Shown in pieces: positions 38,756-52,446 of a stretch of 64,000 bases of DNA. The stretch lies in NCBI GenBank assembly GCA_965112155.1, contig OZ218107.1; one strand, written 5' to 3'. The translations under genes and the position numbers were made by a program. Position 1 is the stretch's first letter. Each line of letters begins with the position of its first letter. The notes beneath the pieces were generated by a model. It was not told where the DNA came from. It ran no database searches and saw nothing but the letters and a program-made list of their open reading frames with translations. Source of the DNA: Podarcis liolepis. Taxonomy: Eukaryota.

Positions 38756-40136
38756 TGTTCCATGATAGTCCACTCTGCTCTATTGAGAAATTCCTCATCT
38801 TACTTGAAATGTGGATAGGCAGGCCTCAAGTTGCTATACTTTCTCTTCCCACAAGGAACCTGCTTGCAATTGCTGCAGGTGTAGTTTTGCACATTCTCAG
38901 GTAGAAGACAAACATGGCTGAGGTGTTGCAGGTTACTGCAACAGCTCCCTCAACTTCTGTGTCTCTGTCCTATGTACACCATGGGACAGCACTCCAGGCC
39001 TCCCCCTCAAACTCTCCCTAAACACATTCACAAACACCCAAGTTTACAAGTTCTGGTCATGAGCTGCCAGAAGCTATAATAAACTGAATGATCAAAACAC
39101 TCCATCCCTGTTAGCAATCTAGCAGCCACTTTAAATAAGGGCAGCAACCTTATTTAGCACAGCACTCTATTCAACATTTGAACCACATACCTATCAATAC
39201 TTCAGTTGATTGGCCCACATCCCATCCATTACTATGGCCAAACATTGATTTAGCACCTCGGCTGCAGCTGCACTACCTGAATTTGATAAAAAGGGGAAAT
39301 TAAGCAACCTTCATGAGTGCATTGCATTAAGGTGAATTTTGCACAAAATGTGGCTGCAGGACACATCCCTGGTCCTGCCTTAAGGTCACGTGATGCTACT
39401 GGCACTCACAAGGTGTGAGTGTGTAGAAGAGAAAGGCTATACATGAATTCTTAACCCATTCTTAATGCTGTGGGCACACACAAATAGTCTCTGTAGGATT
39501 CCCCTTTCAGACACATTAGGAGTAGGGCAAGTGATGTCATCCTTTCCCACGGCCCTGTTGCACATTTTACTTTCCTTCAAGTGATACACACATGGAAGGA
39601 GCAAAAGAATTGGGTGTCAACCTCTAATGGATAACACAACATCCCAAACATTTATTGTGTCTGTCTGTGACCCCTGTACCAAGTACCCAAAATACCTTCC
39701 TTCTTGCCAACCCTACAATTGGCCTCTAAACCACAGACAAAGGGCAGTATACACTCTCCAGCTGGATCAGCAACAGTCATGAAGATGCTGACAGTTTTCC
39801 CAGCCTTCCCTTCCTCTTCTCTCAGATAATTACTCAGTTAATGCAAAATGACACACTTGAGTACTGCAAACTTTAAATTCAAACTTATAAATCCAGAGCA
39901 TCTGTCTGTGTAAGGTATGGTATGTAAAGTGCAAATACGGAGTACTGAAATACACAATGTCTGGCTCACTCTCAACTAAAAAGAAAACTCCAATACATAC
40001 CACACCTAGTTAATTTCTATGAAAAAAGGGAAAATATGCTAAAACGTATTCCTAAGTACAAACAAAATGTGAAATAGTACTTTGAACATACCTTCAAAAA
40101 GAAGGAGAATATACCCATAGGAAAGGACTAATTTAC

Positions 40137-40151
40137 CTGTAAACCTGTCAT
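40137..40151 (-). other. Candidate 15-nt microexon (gene unidentified)
   Basis: Minus strand: TCTGTTTTTCTTTTACTACTGGAAAAGCCATTTTCACAG|ATGACAGGTTTACAG|GTAAAT. Splice signals only. Confidence 0.3.
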
Positions 40152-40436
40152 CTGTGAAAATGGCTTTTCCAGTAGTAAAAGAAAAACAGATATTGAAAGG
40201 ATTTTGTGTTGAAATAGTAGCAACGTTCCTCAAACTCCCCCTTTGTATTTCCATCTCTTTTATGCCAATTCCAAATAGCAATACCCAGCTCCAAACTAAA
40301 GGCTTACATTTCTGATTAGATATGTACACAGTAATCAAACCTACTACATATATGCATAAATAATTATCATTTGTGTGTTGTTAAAATTAGCACTGCTTGC
40401 TTTTTATATCACATAAGTATGCTGAATAAATCTGAC

Positions 40437-40578
40437 CAGGGCTTTTTTTCCCCAGCCAGAACTCACCAGAACTCAGTTCCAGCAGCACCTCTTAGGTGGG
40501 CGCCACTACCATTCTAAGAGAACGAGGGAGGTGTTCATGGTGAGTTCCAGCACCTCTTTTTTTAGTAAAACAGCACTG
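40437..40578. mobile_element. hAT MITE (142 bp)
   Basis: Termini CAGGGCTTTTT...AAAACAGCACTG; 8-bp TSD AATCTGAC/GATCTGAC (7/8). Inverted homolog of 23820-23955. Confidence 0.88.
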
Positions 40579-40745
40579 GATCTGACCCTACAATAGAAAC
40601 CTCAAGCAAGTGCTTGACCTCAAGCAAAAGGCACACCAAGGGTCATATGGGCTACAAGAATCAGAGCCCCACAACACAGTTGCAAAGAGCAGATTTAACA
40701 ATCCAGTAAATGGTAGGAAACATAAATAAATAATATTTATCATTA

Positions 40746-40988
40746 CAGTGGAACCTTGGTTCCCAAACTTTATCCATTCTGGGAGTCCGTTTGACTCCCG
40801 AAACCATTAAAAAACCAAGGCGTGGCTTCCAATTGGCTGTAGGAGCTTCCTGCACTCAAGCGGAAGCCGCATAGAACGTTTGGCTTCCAAAAAAACGTTC
40901 AAAAACCGGAACACTTACCTCCAGGTTTTCGGCGTTCAGGAGCCAAAACGTATGAGTACCAAGGTGTTTGAGAACCAAGGTACGATTG
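40746..40988. mobile_element. Tc1/mariner MITE (~243 bp)
   Basis: TA|CAGTGGAACCTTGGTTCCCAAAC...GTTTGAGAACCAAGGTACGATTG|TG; right TIR and TSD are degraded. Confidence 0.85.
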
Positions 40989-42255
40989 TGCCATTATAAA
41001 GGCAAAATGCTAGGACACCTTAGAAAGAACTGGCTCACTCAAGCAGGCATTTCTGTAGCCGCCTACTTCAGATAACAGAAGTATATTAATGACATCATGT
41101 TGCAAAGAGCTGCATGTCAGAACTGGCTTTATGCCGTGGCTAAACTGATAAGACATTTATTCAAATCTCAGATAAGCCATAAACTCACTGGATGGGCAGG
41201 CCTCTGTGTGAACATATCTGAAAACAGATGTAGAGCATAATTTTCCCACGGTGGGTCCATGAGGCCAGTGCTGAAGTCTGAAATACAAAAGGCAGAACCT
41301 ATCCTTCTGCTAATCAGGGAAGCACAGAAGGCCCAGCTTCTAGTATTTGCATCAGGCTTGCCCAGTCCAGAAGTGCCATACCACCTGCCAAGTGAAAGAG
41401 ATAATGTTGCCCACCTTTATTCCTTTCTGTGTCAGGGGAGGCTTCTCTTATGGGCAAAATAAGGCATATGCCTGCCAAGATACTGGAGACCCCAAACCTA
41501 CAAAGGCACAGTTCAAATCTTTCTCCTGTCTATACATTTTCAGTGACTGAAAGGTTTCTGTCAATCTGTCTCCAGGGAAAGGAAACAGTTTTTAAAAACC
41601 TCCACCACCAAGCAACTATCTCATTAGGGGGAGGGAGGGAGAGAGGTAAGATCCTTTGGCCCTGTTGCTTTCTCTCTCAGAAGCCAGGCCTCAAGGCACA
41701 AAATACTGTATATGCTGGTGGTAGGGCAATTTGGTCACAGCCCTCTCTGTGCCACCATGTTGCTGTTGGCACCTTTGCACCTGCATAAAACAGTCCTGAG
41801 AGGTTTTAAGCATTCCACTAAGGCTCCATTCCCTTTGAAGGTTTTAAGGATTACTAGAATACTGAATGTAATGTGAAGTATAAAGTTTAAATTATCCTTT
41901 GTCCCATATTGCTTTTGTTAGCACATGCTTGCTTTCTTTCAGTCTACTACTCCTGGAGGTGAGAAGCTGGGGAATACAGATTGTGGGAACCAATTGACGG
42001 AAACCAGCCGTCATTTTGGGGTGCAAGGCAAAGAAAAACACACACAAAGGCAGCAATATTCCATGGACGGAGGGTAAAAGGCTCCTTCCTCTCTGTCCTC
42101 CGGTTTTATTATCCTTTTTTCTCTCCAGCCGCATGGCTGCATTCCAATGTCTCACGTTACCTCATCCGGTCAAGCTTTAACCCACCCACAAACCATATAG
42201 GGTCAATACATTCTAATACATTGTAAGCTCAGAGTGCTGGTCACCGAGGTCAGCA

Positions 42256-42273
42256 AGGCACCAGGTGGCACTA
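42256..42273 (+). promoter_or_regulatory. CTCF-like binding motif
   Basis: AGGCACCAGGTGGCACTA closely matches the CTCF core CCACCAGG(G/T)GGC(G/A)C. Motif match only. Confidence 0.45.
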
Positions 42274-45005
42274 CAAGCCTTTTCCATGACTTCCTGGCTC
42301 CCACAACAGATTGTTTATGGAAAGTTTAAACGTTATTTTGGATATATTCAGCCAACAGGTCTTCTCCCATATTAGAGGATTATTTTGGTTCTAACTATGG
42401 ATGGACACAACAGAAAATCACTGCTATGATAAGATAAAAAGAAAAAGGGAAAGTGTCAGAACTTAATATATGACTCAGTATTTTATATTCATTTTTTGAC
42501 AAGGAACTCAACCAAGTTCAATATATTTATTCATTTTTATGAAAGAATATGTCCTGCCCTTTTAGTACCTGAGCACCACTCAGATCATCTTAGAACATCA
42601 ACTATAAAATGCAGCATTCTTTCATATGGTAACAGAGAGCAGATTCAACATGGAACATGGAATCTATTAGAATGAATTTTGAGTACATTAGTTACTTCAG
42701 TGCTTTGGAAGATTATTTACAATTTCTGGAATGATTTTGGAGGGGAATTGTTTGGCTCCAGGAGATTAATTATATCCCCATTCATTATTTAGTCTTTGAT
42801 TAACATAACAGGAAAATAAACTGTGTTCTTTTCATCCTGCATTTTGTATGACTTAAACATATTTGGAATGCATTGGATATGAGACATAAACCTCTGATTG
42901 TAAATATTATTGCTGTTGGACAAATAAACCAATCCAAGTGCTATTAAAAAGGAGAAATGAATCTGATCATCCCTTGTTCCTCACTGCCATGTGTACGATT
43001 ACCATGTGGCTGGAAATCAAGTGAATCTAGACAGTGTGAACTTATCCAATCTTGGTGATGAAAAGCATGGTCTAGAGCTGCTAGAAAGGTTCATCTTTCC
43101 TGGAGCAATGGTATATATGCAAACTGGCAGCTATTTTGCTCTGTAATGTGGTTGTCAGTTCAGTATCCCAAACAATCTGTCTGGTTAGTAAATCTATAAC
43201 AGGCAAATATCTTCCATCAGCCTGGAAACACTCAAGTGCCTTTTTCAAAGGCTGGGAGGGGGAGTACATGCCTTTTTCTCTGACCGTCTGACAGAATTTT
43301 GCTGTGGAATACCAGTTCTTGAAAATACGCTTACCAGTAGTGTTAGTAATGCGATCACTTCCAATCATTCATAAGAAATTACTAAGGTAGCTATTACGAT
43401 CTACTGAATCATTCATGCAACATGCTAAGCACAAGCCGCTTGTCATGCAAGCTGATTTGAACAGATTAAATTTTAAATTCAAAGTGCATGTGAGCTGTAA
43501 AGGCAATTACTCAGTATCACTGAAGCTTAACTTCCCACTGAAAAGACCAGAAGCTCATTCTTTGCAAAGGGAAAATTGAACTGAGGATTGGGGGTAGTGG
43601 GGAATGAAAAGGAAGAAAATGAACCAAATCCAATCAGCCAAAAATGTAGTTTTGACAATTAGATGCCATTCACTAAACCAAAACTAGTGTTGTATGGAAA
43701 TGAAAGAGAGCTTAATCTGAATATGAAGACATCTTCTTAAACCAGGAATGAATTTGTTTATCTTATTATTTGCCAAAAGGATAATTTCACTCACATGTGC
43801 TTCTGAAATGGATTTTCCCAACATTTAAGACTATGCATAGTGAATAAATCAAAAGGACAGTTTCTCAATACAGTAGGGGTTTGTTTCAAAAGATCAATTC
43901 AAAAGCCCCATGAATAGTTCATGTACAGAAGATGCATGCAGTTAGTTGATGCTCAAAAATCAAAATTACTATAAGAAGAGTATGTTAAATTCCATTGCAC
44001 AGATTTCATCCTCATCCCTAGAAGACCTTTCCCTTTTCAATATCTGAGCAACTGTTCTTGTGAGGTTGAATTAATCTGTGACCTGAAAATTCTGCATTTC
44101 AGAGTAATCCAAAACTGTCTGAATTCTTCCCAGTCAGTAACAATGTTTTTTTTTTAAAAAAAAAAGTTGTAATACAAGAGAAGGATTGAATTTCATAATT
44201 CAAGGTAATATTCAGAGCAGTAAAAGTTAAGGGCTTTTACACAGTGACAAGTTAATTATCCCATGGTCAAGAATTCATTTATAAGACCATATTAAACTGC
44301 ACCTGTGTCATAACTGTCCTCTAGTGAAGTCATTCATTTAATTCTTATTTGGGATACTGGAATAAAAATGGCATTAGGTTAACAAAACAGTATCCTGCTC
44401 TTTAAATTAAGCAATAATTCATAAATCACACAACAGTAGCAGTTTCTGACAGATTTGATAAAAAATTCTTCACAATTCACACAATTCTGAAATGGGAGAG
44501 TACAGTACATTGTTATGTCTTTCCATACTGACATATTTGAAAACACAATTTAGTGTGACTGAAGCAAATTAATTATATGAATGCCACATTCCTTTGTTTT
44601 CTTGGATATACAAAATTACCATTCAGTTTTGAGGGGAAATTTCAGACTGAAAAACAGTTATATGAAACTGGAAAGTTGACATTGTCTTGTGCTGCCAAAA
44701 CATGGTCGTTTCATAAAAGAATTGTCTACAATAGTATTTTCCTCACCAGTTCTTTATGGCAAGCTCAGCAGGTGCTACTCTATCAACTATGCAGGCTACT
44801 TCAAGTAAGGAGGGAGTTTTAAAATTTTCCTGACCTGAACCTCATCTATCTGTGTTGTTTACACACAATTAAAAACAAATGAGGTATCACTTTAATTTTT
44901 AGCTTTAGGTGCAAAAGTGTATACTATAAGACATCATTTGTCTCTTTCCACTAATGAAGGAATACCTTAATTTTAACAAATGGGAACCTCCTTAATGAGG
45001 GTCCT

Positions 45006-45716
45006 TGTTGCGTTCGGGCCCCTGAGACACACACACCCCACTAGGTAGTAGGTGCTGGGCGTGTCCCAGGCCTGTCATTTTGGCCCCACAATCACACCAG
45101 GCCGTTTGAGCCAATCCGAGGCAGGTGGTGTGATTGCGGGGGCTTTAAAAGTGGCAGTGCAACGTGGCCAAGGCACTTGCTTCACGCTGCCGAACACCCG
45201 CCCTCCTGTCCCTATTTATAGGTTGCTGCATTGGCCTTGCTTCGGATGTTGGTTGGTTGCCTGATTTGGAACAGGGGCCGGGTAGGAATTGTCACAACTT
45301 TGTAAGGTTTGGTAGTTAGGCATTGGCTTAGTGAAGTGTGTGGGAGGGGAGGTGTGGCCATCACCTGCCCCTCCATGAATAAGGTTATTCCGGTAAAGGA
45401 ATCTGAGGGTCCTGGATCTCGTCTGAAGTCCGGTTGAGGGGCAAGGTCCATGCCAGGACCACAGGAACCCCAGGGTGAACTTCAGTTGGTCTTCATCAAT
45501 GTTGCTCCCTTGTTTGGTGTTTACCCTTCCAGACTACCTGCCAGAGAGGTAGGAGTCAGTTATAGTCGGTTGCCAATGCCTAAGCCAATACCACTCACTT
45601 TGCTGTAATCAATGAAGTTGTGGCCTAAATATTGCCCAATAACTTAAACCAAAAATATATGTCAGTGTGAAGTTATTTACTTGGGAGAAGGGCTTGGGGG
45701 CCTCGGAGCGCAAATA
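45006..45716 (+). mobile_element. Probable solo LTR (~710 bp)
   Basis: GC-rich island with sharp edges; begins TGTTGCG and ends CGCAAATA (imperfect inverted ends). Contains CCAAT, TTTAAAA and a poly(A)-signal-like AATGAA in LTR order. TSD not convincing. Confidence 0.6.
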
Positions 45717-47793
45717 GACTTAGCTAGTTCTCCTTTGCTAGACTTTCCCTGACTGCTGTTTATTTATACTGGTACACAAGTACAATACTGACCCATGAAT
45801 TGCTGGGCAATGCTTTCATGTAAAGCTCTGCTAAATTCACTATTGGTACTGAAGACAAGATATTTTATAAGATGTTCGAAATAAAACAAAACCAAAAGAG
45901 GCTCATATTTCTATTGTACTAGCATCCTCATGCCCTGTGTTGCTTGGGAATTATAAGAAACCAAACATTGCTGCTGTTTGGAAATCAGTAGTTAAAATCA
46001 GTAGTTTTAAAACGTTCAGTCTGCCATCTTGATTCAAAATGGTGCCCAAATGTATCCAAATAGGGACAAAAACATGCTCCTTAATCCTTAGGAGCCATCA
46101 TGCAAAATCCAGTTATGGTAACTTGAGAGGTGTCCAAATGCATAGTAAATAGACAAACCACTTTCAAAAATGTATAGTAGGTGTGCCTAAATAGCTTTTG
46201 ATATCCTGGCCTTTCATTTTCTCCTTTGAATCACATTACGAATTTGTACAATTGTATAAAACTTTACAAAAATACTGCCGGGTGAGTAAATTAAAAACTT
46301 AACTTTGGAACCACAGAGAAAGGACAAAACAGAAAAGTAAGTAATGTTTTGTCATTTCTACCCGTGGCTATATTTAGAATTACCGTATATTAAATGATAA
46401 AGTATGGCAGTCGGGCCGTTGCTAAAATGGGACAGTTTCTCTACATGGTTAATGCCACACCTAAACAAATTTCCAGATGTTTTCTGTACTGATGAACATA
46501 AAACCATAGTACAGATAAGGCCTACGGGAACTGAAGTGCACTGTATAAAATATAAGCCTGTGAACCTGGTTACCATAAGATGGATGAAATTCCTTACAGA
46601 ATACAATTTATATTATGTCCCCATATCTTCCAGCTGTTTCCCTCATTTTACAGCATGATCCTGCTTGTATCCAGATGGAACATAAATCAGCCAGTTTAAT
46701 TAAAGTCCTCAGTTTAACAAGACATTGGAAAATTGCCACACACACACACACACAATTTAATAAGTCTTTCAGATGGATAGCTCCATAGGTGGAAAGATAA
46801 TTTAAAATCCATTAAGTCAAACAATGGGTTGAATCTTTAAGTTATGGTTTTTACTTAAATAATATTGCTTGGACTATTTTGTTTGCTTGTTTGAAAATCA
46901 GACGAACAACTGAAATGTAATTGATTTCAGTGCAGAGGTGGCCAAAAGCACTTCCATGTCTTGGGAATCAACCTGAGAGTCAACTTAGGTTCCATAATAG
47001 TTATACACTCAGGATTTTGTTTGCCTTTCTTCCTGGTTGTAATTAATTCTCAACTACATGAAGATTAGAAAATTCCACAAAACTAAAGCTTGATCCTATG
47101 AGTTCCTACATGGATAAAATATATATTAGGATGCATTGCTGAACCAAAAGAACATTGCAACTGGAATCATGAAGCAATTTAAGTTGTCATTAAAATCCAA
47201 TTGACCACGTGTAACAGCAGGATTGGCTGCAAAAGTGGATGGATTGGACATGCTGGAATGATTCACCTACATGATAAATTTAAGGGACGGTGGCCAACAA
47301 AGAGCCCAACTTGATGGTTACAATCTTGCATGGCCAGTATTGGGAATAATATTTTATAATGTTATCACAACTAAGATTCACTGTAACAGGACAGACTGAT
47401 GAAGCTGCAATCACATTGGATTAATTCTCGCAGCCTAACGGTCAGGAGTCCCTTTATATATGTACATATGCAATGCAACATGTGTTTAAAGTCAGGGTGT
47501 TGCAATTTGTTTTATTGATTGAGAACTTGTATAAAATTCTTAACTTTCAATTTTAAAAGGATGTGCCACTATTATGCATTTTGATTTTAACCCATCAAAC
47601 CATCACCTGTATGTTTGTAATCCACAAATTAATGCCTGCCATTTTTCCCCTTTGGATATTCTGAGCAATTTGCACAAATACTGTATATACACATTATTCA
47701 ATTGGTATGAAGGAAGGAAAATTTAGATTAATTCCTCAAAGGCAGGACATTTTCTGTTATACAGTAATAGTCTGGCACCATGTACTAGAAGGA

Positions 47794-48169
47794 TGTTAGG
47801 ATATTTCCGTTCCACCTTAAAAGGGAGCAGGCTTTGTGAGTCACGGAGTCTGCGCACTTCCTGTTCACAGGATGTTTATGTTTTCTATTGCTTTCATTTC
47901 TCTCTCGGTGCCTGAACACTGAAGCAGGCGGTCATGTTTTTTCTTTGTTCTGACCAACGCTGAACAAACTTGTAAATATGCTCTCCTGCGTGCATCTTAC
48001 GCTGTGCATTATCTGCTGATAAGAGCGTGCATCAGTTCCAGAATGTGGCAAGTTATTTCAGGAGCTTGTGTCGCTAATTGCTGATACTGCGTGTCTACGG
48101 GAGATCGATGGACGTCCGGAGGCGACGTGGGGCCATGATGGACTTTGTCTCCCTGGCAGTATCCCAACA
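47794..48169. mobile_element. Solo LTR (376 bp)
   Basis: Inverted termini TGTTAGGATA...TATCCCAACA (9/10); 5-bp TSD AAGGA/AAGGC (4/5); CpG-rich relative to the flanks. Confidence 0.8.
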
Positions 48170-50553
48170 AAGGCTTCATGTATTAGAATGCTTTAAAAAT
48201 ATATTTAATTTTTACATTCATTGTAAGCTTTGATACCAAACTATGGATTTAAACAGAAGCTGTAGATTGTAAAAAGATGAAAGTTCAGAATACTAAAGTT
48301 GTTATTTTAATAACAGCTGTTTATTAAAAATGTGTCTACCTTACTAAGTCTTACTGATTCATATAAATCTTTTTTTCTTCTAACATCCATCAATGTATAC
48401 CCATGAAACATGTTACAATGAAATGCAGAACCCACATCTGTACAAATTTTGCCTTTCTCCCATCAAGGTGGATAAGTGAGGATAGGGACAGACTCTTTTT
48501 AAGAACTCCTAAGCTGGCAGCAAAGGTTGGTAATGCAGGGTACCAAACAGTGGCCCTTGGGATCTAAAGGGCCCATCAATGGAAGCTCATTTGTCAGGCT
48601 TCACATTTCTCAGGGGCTGCTGCACTTATGCCTTCTCCAAATGTCTAAGGCCTGAACAGGCACAGCTCAAGCATAGCTCCCTCTACACTCAGCAAGCCAA
48701 GTTTATTAGGTGTGCTTCTCATGAGGAATTGAAGGGGAGCTTGCAGCGGCAGCAGGAACAGCATAACTGGCTGTTGTGCACAGCAGGAACAGGACAATGT
48801 CAAACTTTTATTGCCAACCATGGCAGGAGGAAGAACTGGGATGAAGGGGAACAAGAAAAGAAAGGACTATTGCTGTTGATGGCGAGTCCAAACAAAGTAA
48901 AAAATACAAAGCTACAAATACACCCCTAAAAGCAATGCCTAGATCTCGTCTCTTGGCAGACTAGCTGCGTCTGGAATACAAAACACAGGTTGCTGTTCTC
49001 TGACTTCTCCTAGGCAAATGTGAGACGGTGTCCACTTAGGTGGTGGATATGGTGGATACAATTCATTATCAACTTTGAAGAATAATTTTAAAATATGGTT
49101 GCCAAAATACTATGCAAGGCTCACTAGTATCTGGGTTTGGCAATACAGACATAGTTAAGACCATTAACGTTACTGTCAACAAAGCATATCATCCTATATC
49201 CATCCCTATTTCTATCTGCCACATACATGCAAATCCCCAAGTCCACCTTTTCATGAGCACATGGAGTCAACCATGAGGCTTCATTATTAGAGGAAATGCA
49301 GTATCTTCCCATTTGTGTTTTTTTATCTGTTTAAAATTATTCATAAGTTTAATGTTTTATTTTTGCAAACCACTTAAGAGGTTTTCTTACAATCAACTGT
49401 TATATAAATTTTGTTAAATAAAATGTGTTACCAGAATGTGACTGCTTTCAACCAGATGTTCACCAATAATCTTTAACATGAAGCAAAATAATTCAGGGAA
49501 AGAGTCAGCATTTTTAACCCTTGTAGAATACATAAACCCTTTCCCTCATCAGCACCCCATTACTCACAAGCAAGCCTTGTACTAGAAACGCAGTAACGTT
49601 TGCCTACCATTTCAGGCACAGGGTTCCTTTACTTTATTTGTTCAACTTATATATGGGACTTCAGTCTTTTGACTTTTTAAGAAGTGCATAAGGCTGGAAA
49701 CCCAACGAGAGATTCAAATGATACAGGGCAATGCATAAAAGACGGCAAAAAAAGGTTGAAGCCTTTACTGAATTGTTCAGAATGCTTCAAGCACCTGACT
49801 CTGAACTACAAAGGTGTAGGGTCTATGCCAACCATGCATTCCCACTACCTTCCGCCAGCATCAACAATATCAATGTGTTGCAGTCCAACAAAAGCCTGAG
49901 GACACCATAATTGTCTATATAAACCCGCCTGCTCCCTATAATCCCTTGATGAAGCTCTTATTTTCACATGCACAACTGTGAAATCAAATTCCACTTCAGC
50001 TATTCATGTCAGCTCCACTGCAGACTCAAATCATCTCACACATTGTGCTCCATGACACTCTGAAAGCTCCGCTGGGAGGAAGTGGCAGTTCAGTTATGTG
50101 AAATACACTTGTAGGTCCCCCAAGACACAGACTGAGATGGAGGGAGGGACTTCTTTACATTAAACTGCCAAGATTATTTTTTTTTGCATAAGCATAAAAT
50201 ATTTTGATAACTCTCCAAAAATGTTGTGCTTTTGCCTGTCAAAAGTTAAATAGTTTCCTTCTTAATTACTCTAGTTTCTAAGGCTTCAATATATTGGTAG
50301 GGGAACAATTTCCCACCCTTAAACAATGTAATGCTTAGTACCAGTCTTCAATAAATGCTTCTGCTTCCTTCCTAGGTTATTCACATAACTGCAAGCCAAC
50401 CGAGGATAACTGTTGTTGTTGTTGTTCTTGTTCTTGTTGTTGAACAACTTGATCATGCAGCCAATCACAGCAGAAAGCAAGCTTGAAGTCACCATCATTA
50501 GCTGATAGGTGGCAACTTCAAGCCTCACTTGGCTTTACTTTTGTTGTGCAATT

Positions 50554-50685
50554 TCATAGAATCATAGAATTGCAGAGTTGGAATGGACGGACAATGGGGG
50601 TCATCTAGTCCAAGGTCCTACAATGCAGGAATCTGTTGCTCAACATGCAGCTTGAACCCTCGACCCTGAGATGAAGAGTCTCATG
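50554..50685 (-). mobile_element. tRNA-derived SINE with CR1-type tail (5' end missing)
   Basis: Homologous to 11494-11640: CATAGAATCATAGAATTGCAGAGTTGGAA...TCATCTAGTCCAA...CTTGAACCC...AGAGTCTCATG. Confidence 0.8.
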
Positions 50686-52446
50686 ATCAGGACAAGGTAT
50701 TTGTCATATTACAAAATCTGTCATCTGAAGTTACAGGGGTGTACTGTGGTGAGAATTTAAAAGAAAACTCCAGCTATGTACATAGCTTTCCTTCACACAT
50801 GCATGTTTGTTGGTCTGTGCACATCTGTAATGACATTCTTACAATACAGTTTATAAAAGAGAATAAACTGGGGGTAGCAGAGTATTCCACATATTCTCAT
50901 TTACAGTTATCACTGTAAAAGTGATTTTTTTACAGTAGGTAGGATACTACTATCCTACCTATCCGTGTATACTCAGATAACAATGTTCAGTGGGACACAC
51001 TCCCTGCCAAGTATGTTCAAGATTACAGCCACCATCATATGAGCACTCCAATGGACTGCCTGGAAGCATTCTGTGCAAACTGTTCAATTACATTACAGAA
51101 TGCTTTACAGGAGCCTGTTTCGCAGAATTTACATTGTCTGAAGAGATTTTGCTTATTTTCTCATTTACATGTGGAAATACTGTTTGATAGTTCAAGCACG
51201 TCCCATGTCTTAATATACTCCCAGCTCTGCCTTTCATGCTTAAGCTCATTTAGCAAACAAAACTGGGTTGTTCTGTGCACCCATTATAGTATTCCCTTCA
51301 TTGGTTTTTGTTTTCAGTCATGCTTATTTTCATGGACATATCTACAATGCACAAGAGGGAACATGTTGACTCTCTCTGCAGGCTACACTATGCCAAACAT
51401 CTTTACGAGAATGTCTTTATCACACACACACAGTTTAAGCACTGCCTTATCTTCTTTACTTTCAAATGAATCTTCCATCAATGAGATTCTCCCTTTTGCC
51501 CATTTTATTCTTAGGGTTTTCGACATAGAGAATTTATGCTGACAAGCAGATCAACACTATGACCTACAGATTTACTTTTAGAGTCTTAAGGTCAAAAGTT
51601 TTATACTGGTATATCTTTAGAATAAAACATCTACTGCGTTGATCTATCTATATGCCAAGTATGGTTATATGCTTCATATATAGATTAAAGGAAATATATA
51701 CCTGGAGCTCCCCCAATCTTTCTGCCAATCTGCCCCATCCCGACAAGCAGAAATGTTGCTGCTGGGAGGGTCACGACCGCTAGCATGGTACTGCTGGCCC
51801 TGCCAGTCCTCTTTCCAGAAAAACACTGTGCATTCATTGTGATGTGTGTCTGTCCAAACTAGTTCAACGTCAAGGGGAAAAGACAATCAGCCAACAGAGC
51901 ATGGTCCTATAGCCCTACGACAGAGTCACTTTCCCCTGGATATGAATTCTCTAAAATGTTTTTAGGCTTACACATGTAACAGTTCAGACTTCTTTCCTAA
52001 TTAGGGATGTTCTTTTTGCACAAGTGCATGTAATCTACAGCAGTCCTTGGACAGATTGGCTGCTTTGAGTGTCATAAAGAGGCTGTGTAAAATATACAAT
52101 GGTTAGCAGCTGTGCAGCATGCGTTTCTTTGGTTTAAAGAGGCAGAAGTGTGTAGTAAAGCAACAGCAAGTACAACAACATAACTGCTAATAAAATACAA
52201 CTGAAGAGATAATAATGAACTTGGAAACAAGCAAAATTGCCAGTACTGTATGGTACAATCTCTCTTGCAGTGGAAAATTATGTCATCTTAGTAAACAATA
52301 TCCACTGACAAACAAAACAGCAATCAGAACACACTTCCAAATGTTTGGAGAAACATAATCCTCTGTGAATTCCTAAGACTTTCTTCTAAGTTATCACCTC
52401 AGACATTCAGTCTACATTGGCACATTTCTATTCATAACTTTGACAT

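Noticed and set aside
43081-43368. 95-aa ATG-initiated minus-strand ORF
   Set aside because: No recognisable homology; the nearby GTAAGC donor has no open upstream exon.
51039-51542. Longest ORF in the window (167 aa)
   Set aside because: Leu/Ser/Phe/Cys-rich composition typical of T-rich non-coding DNA, with no motif.
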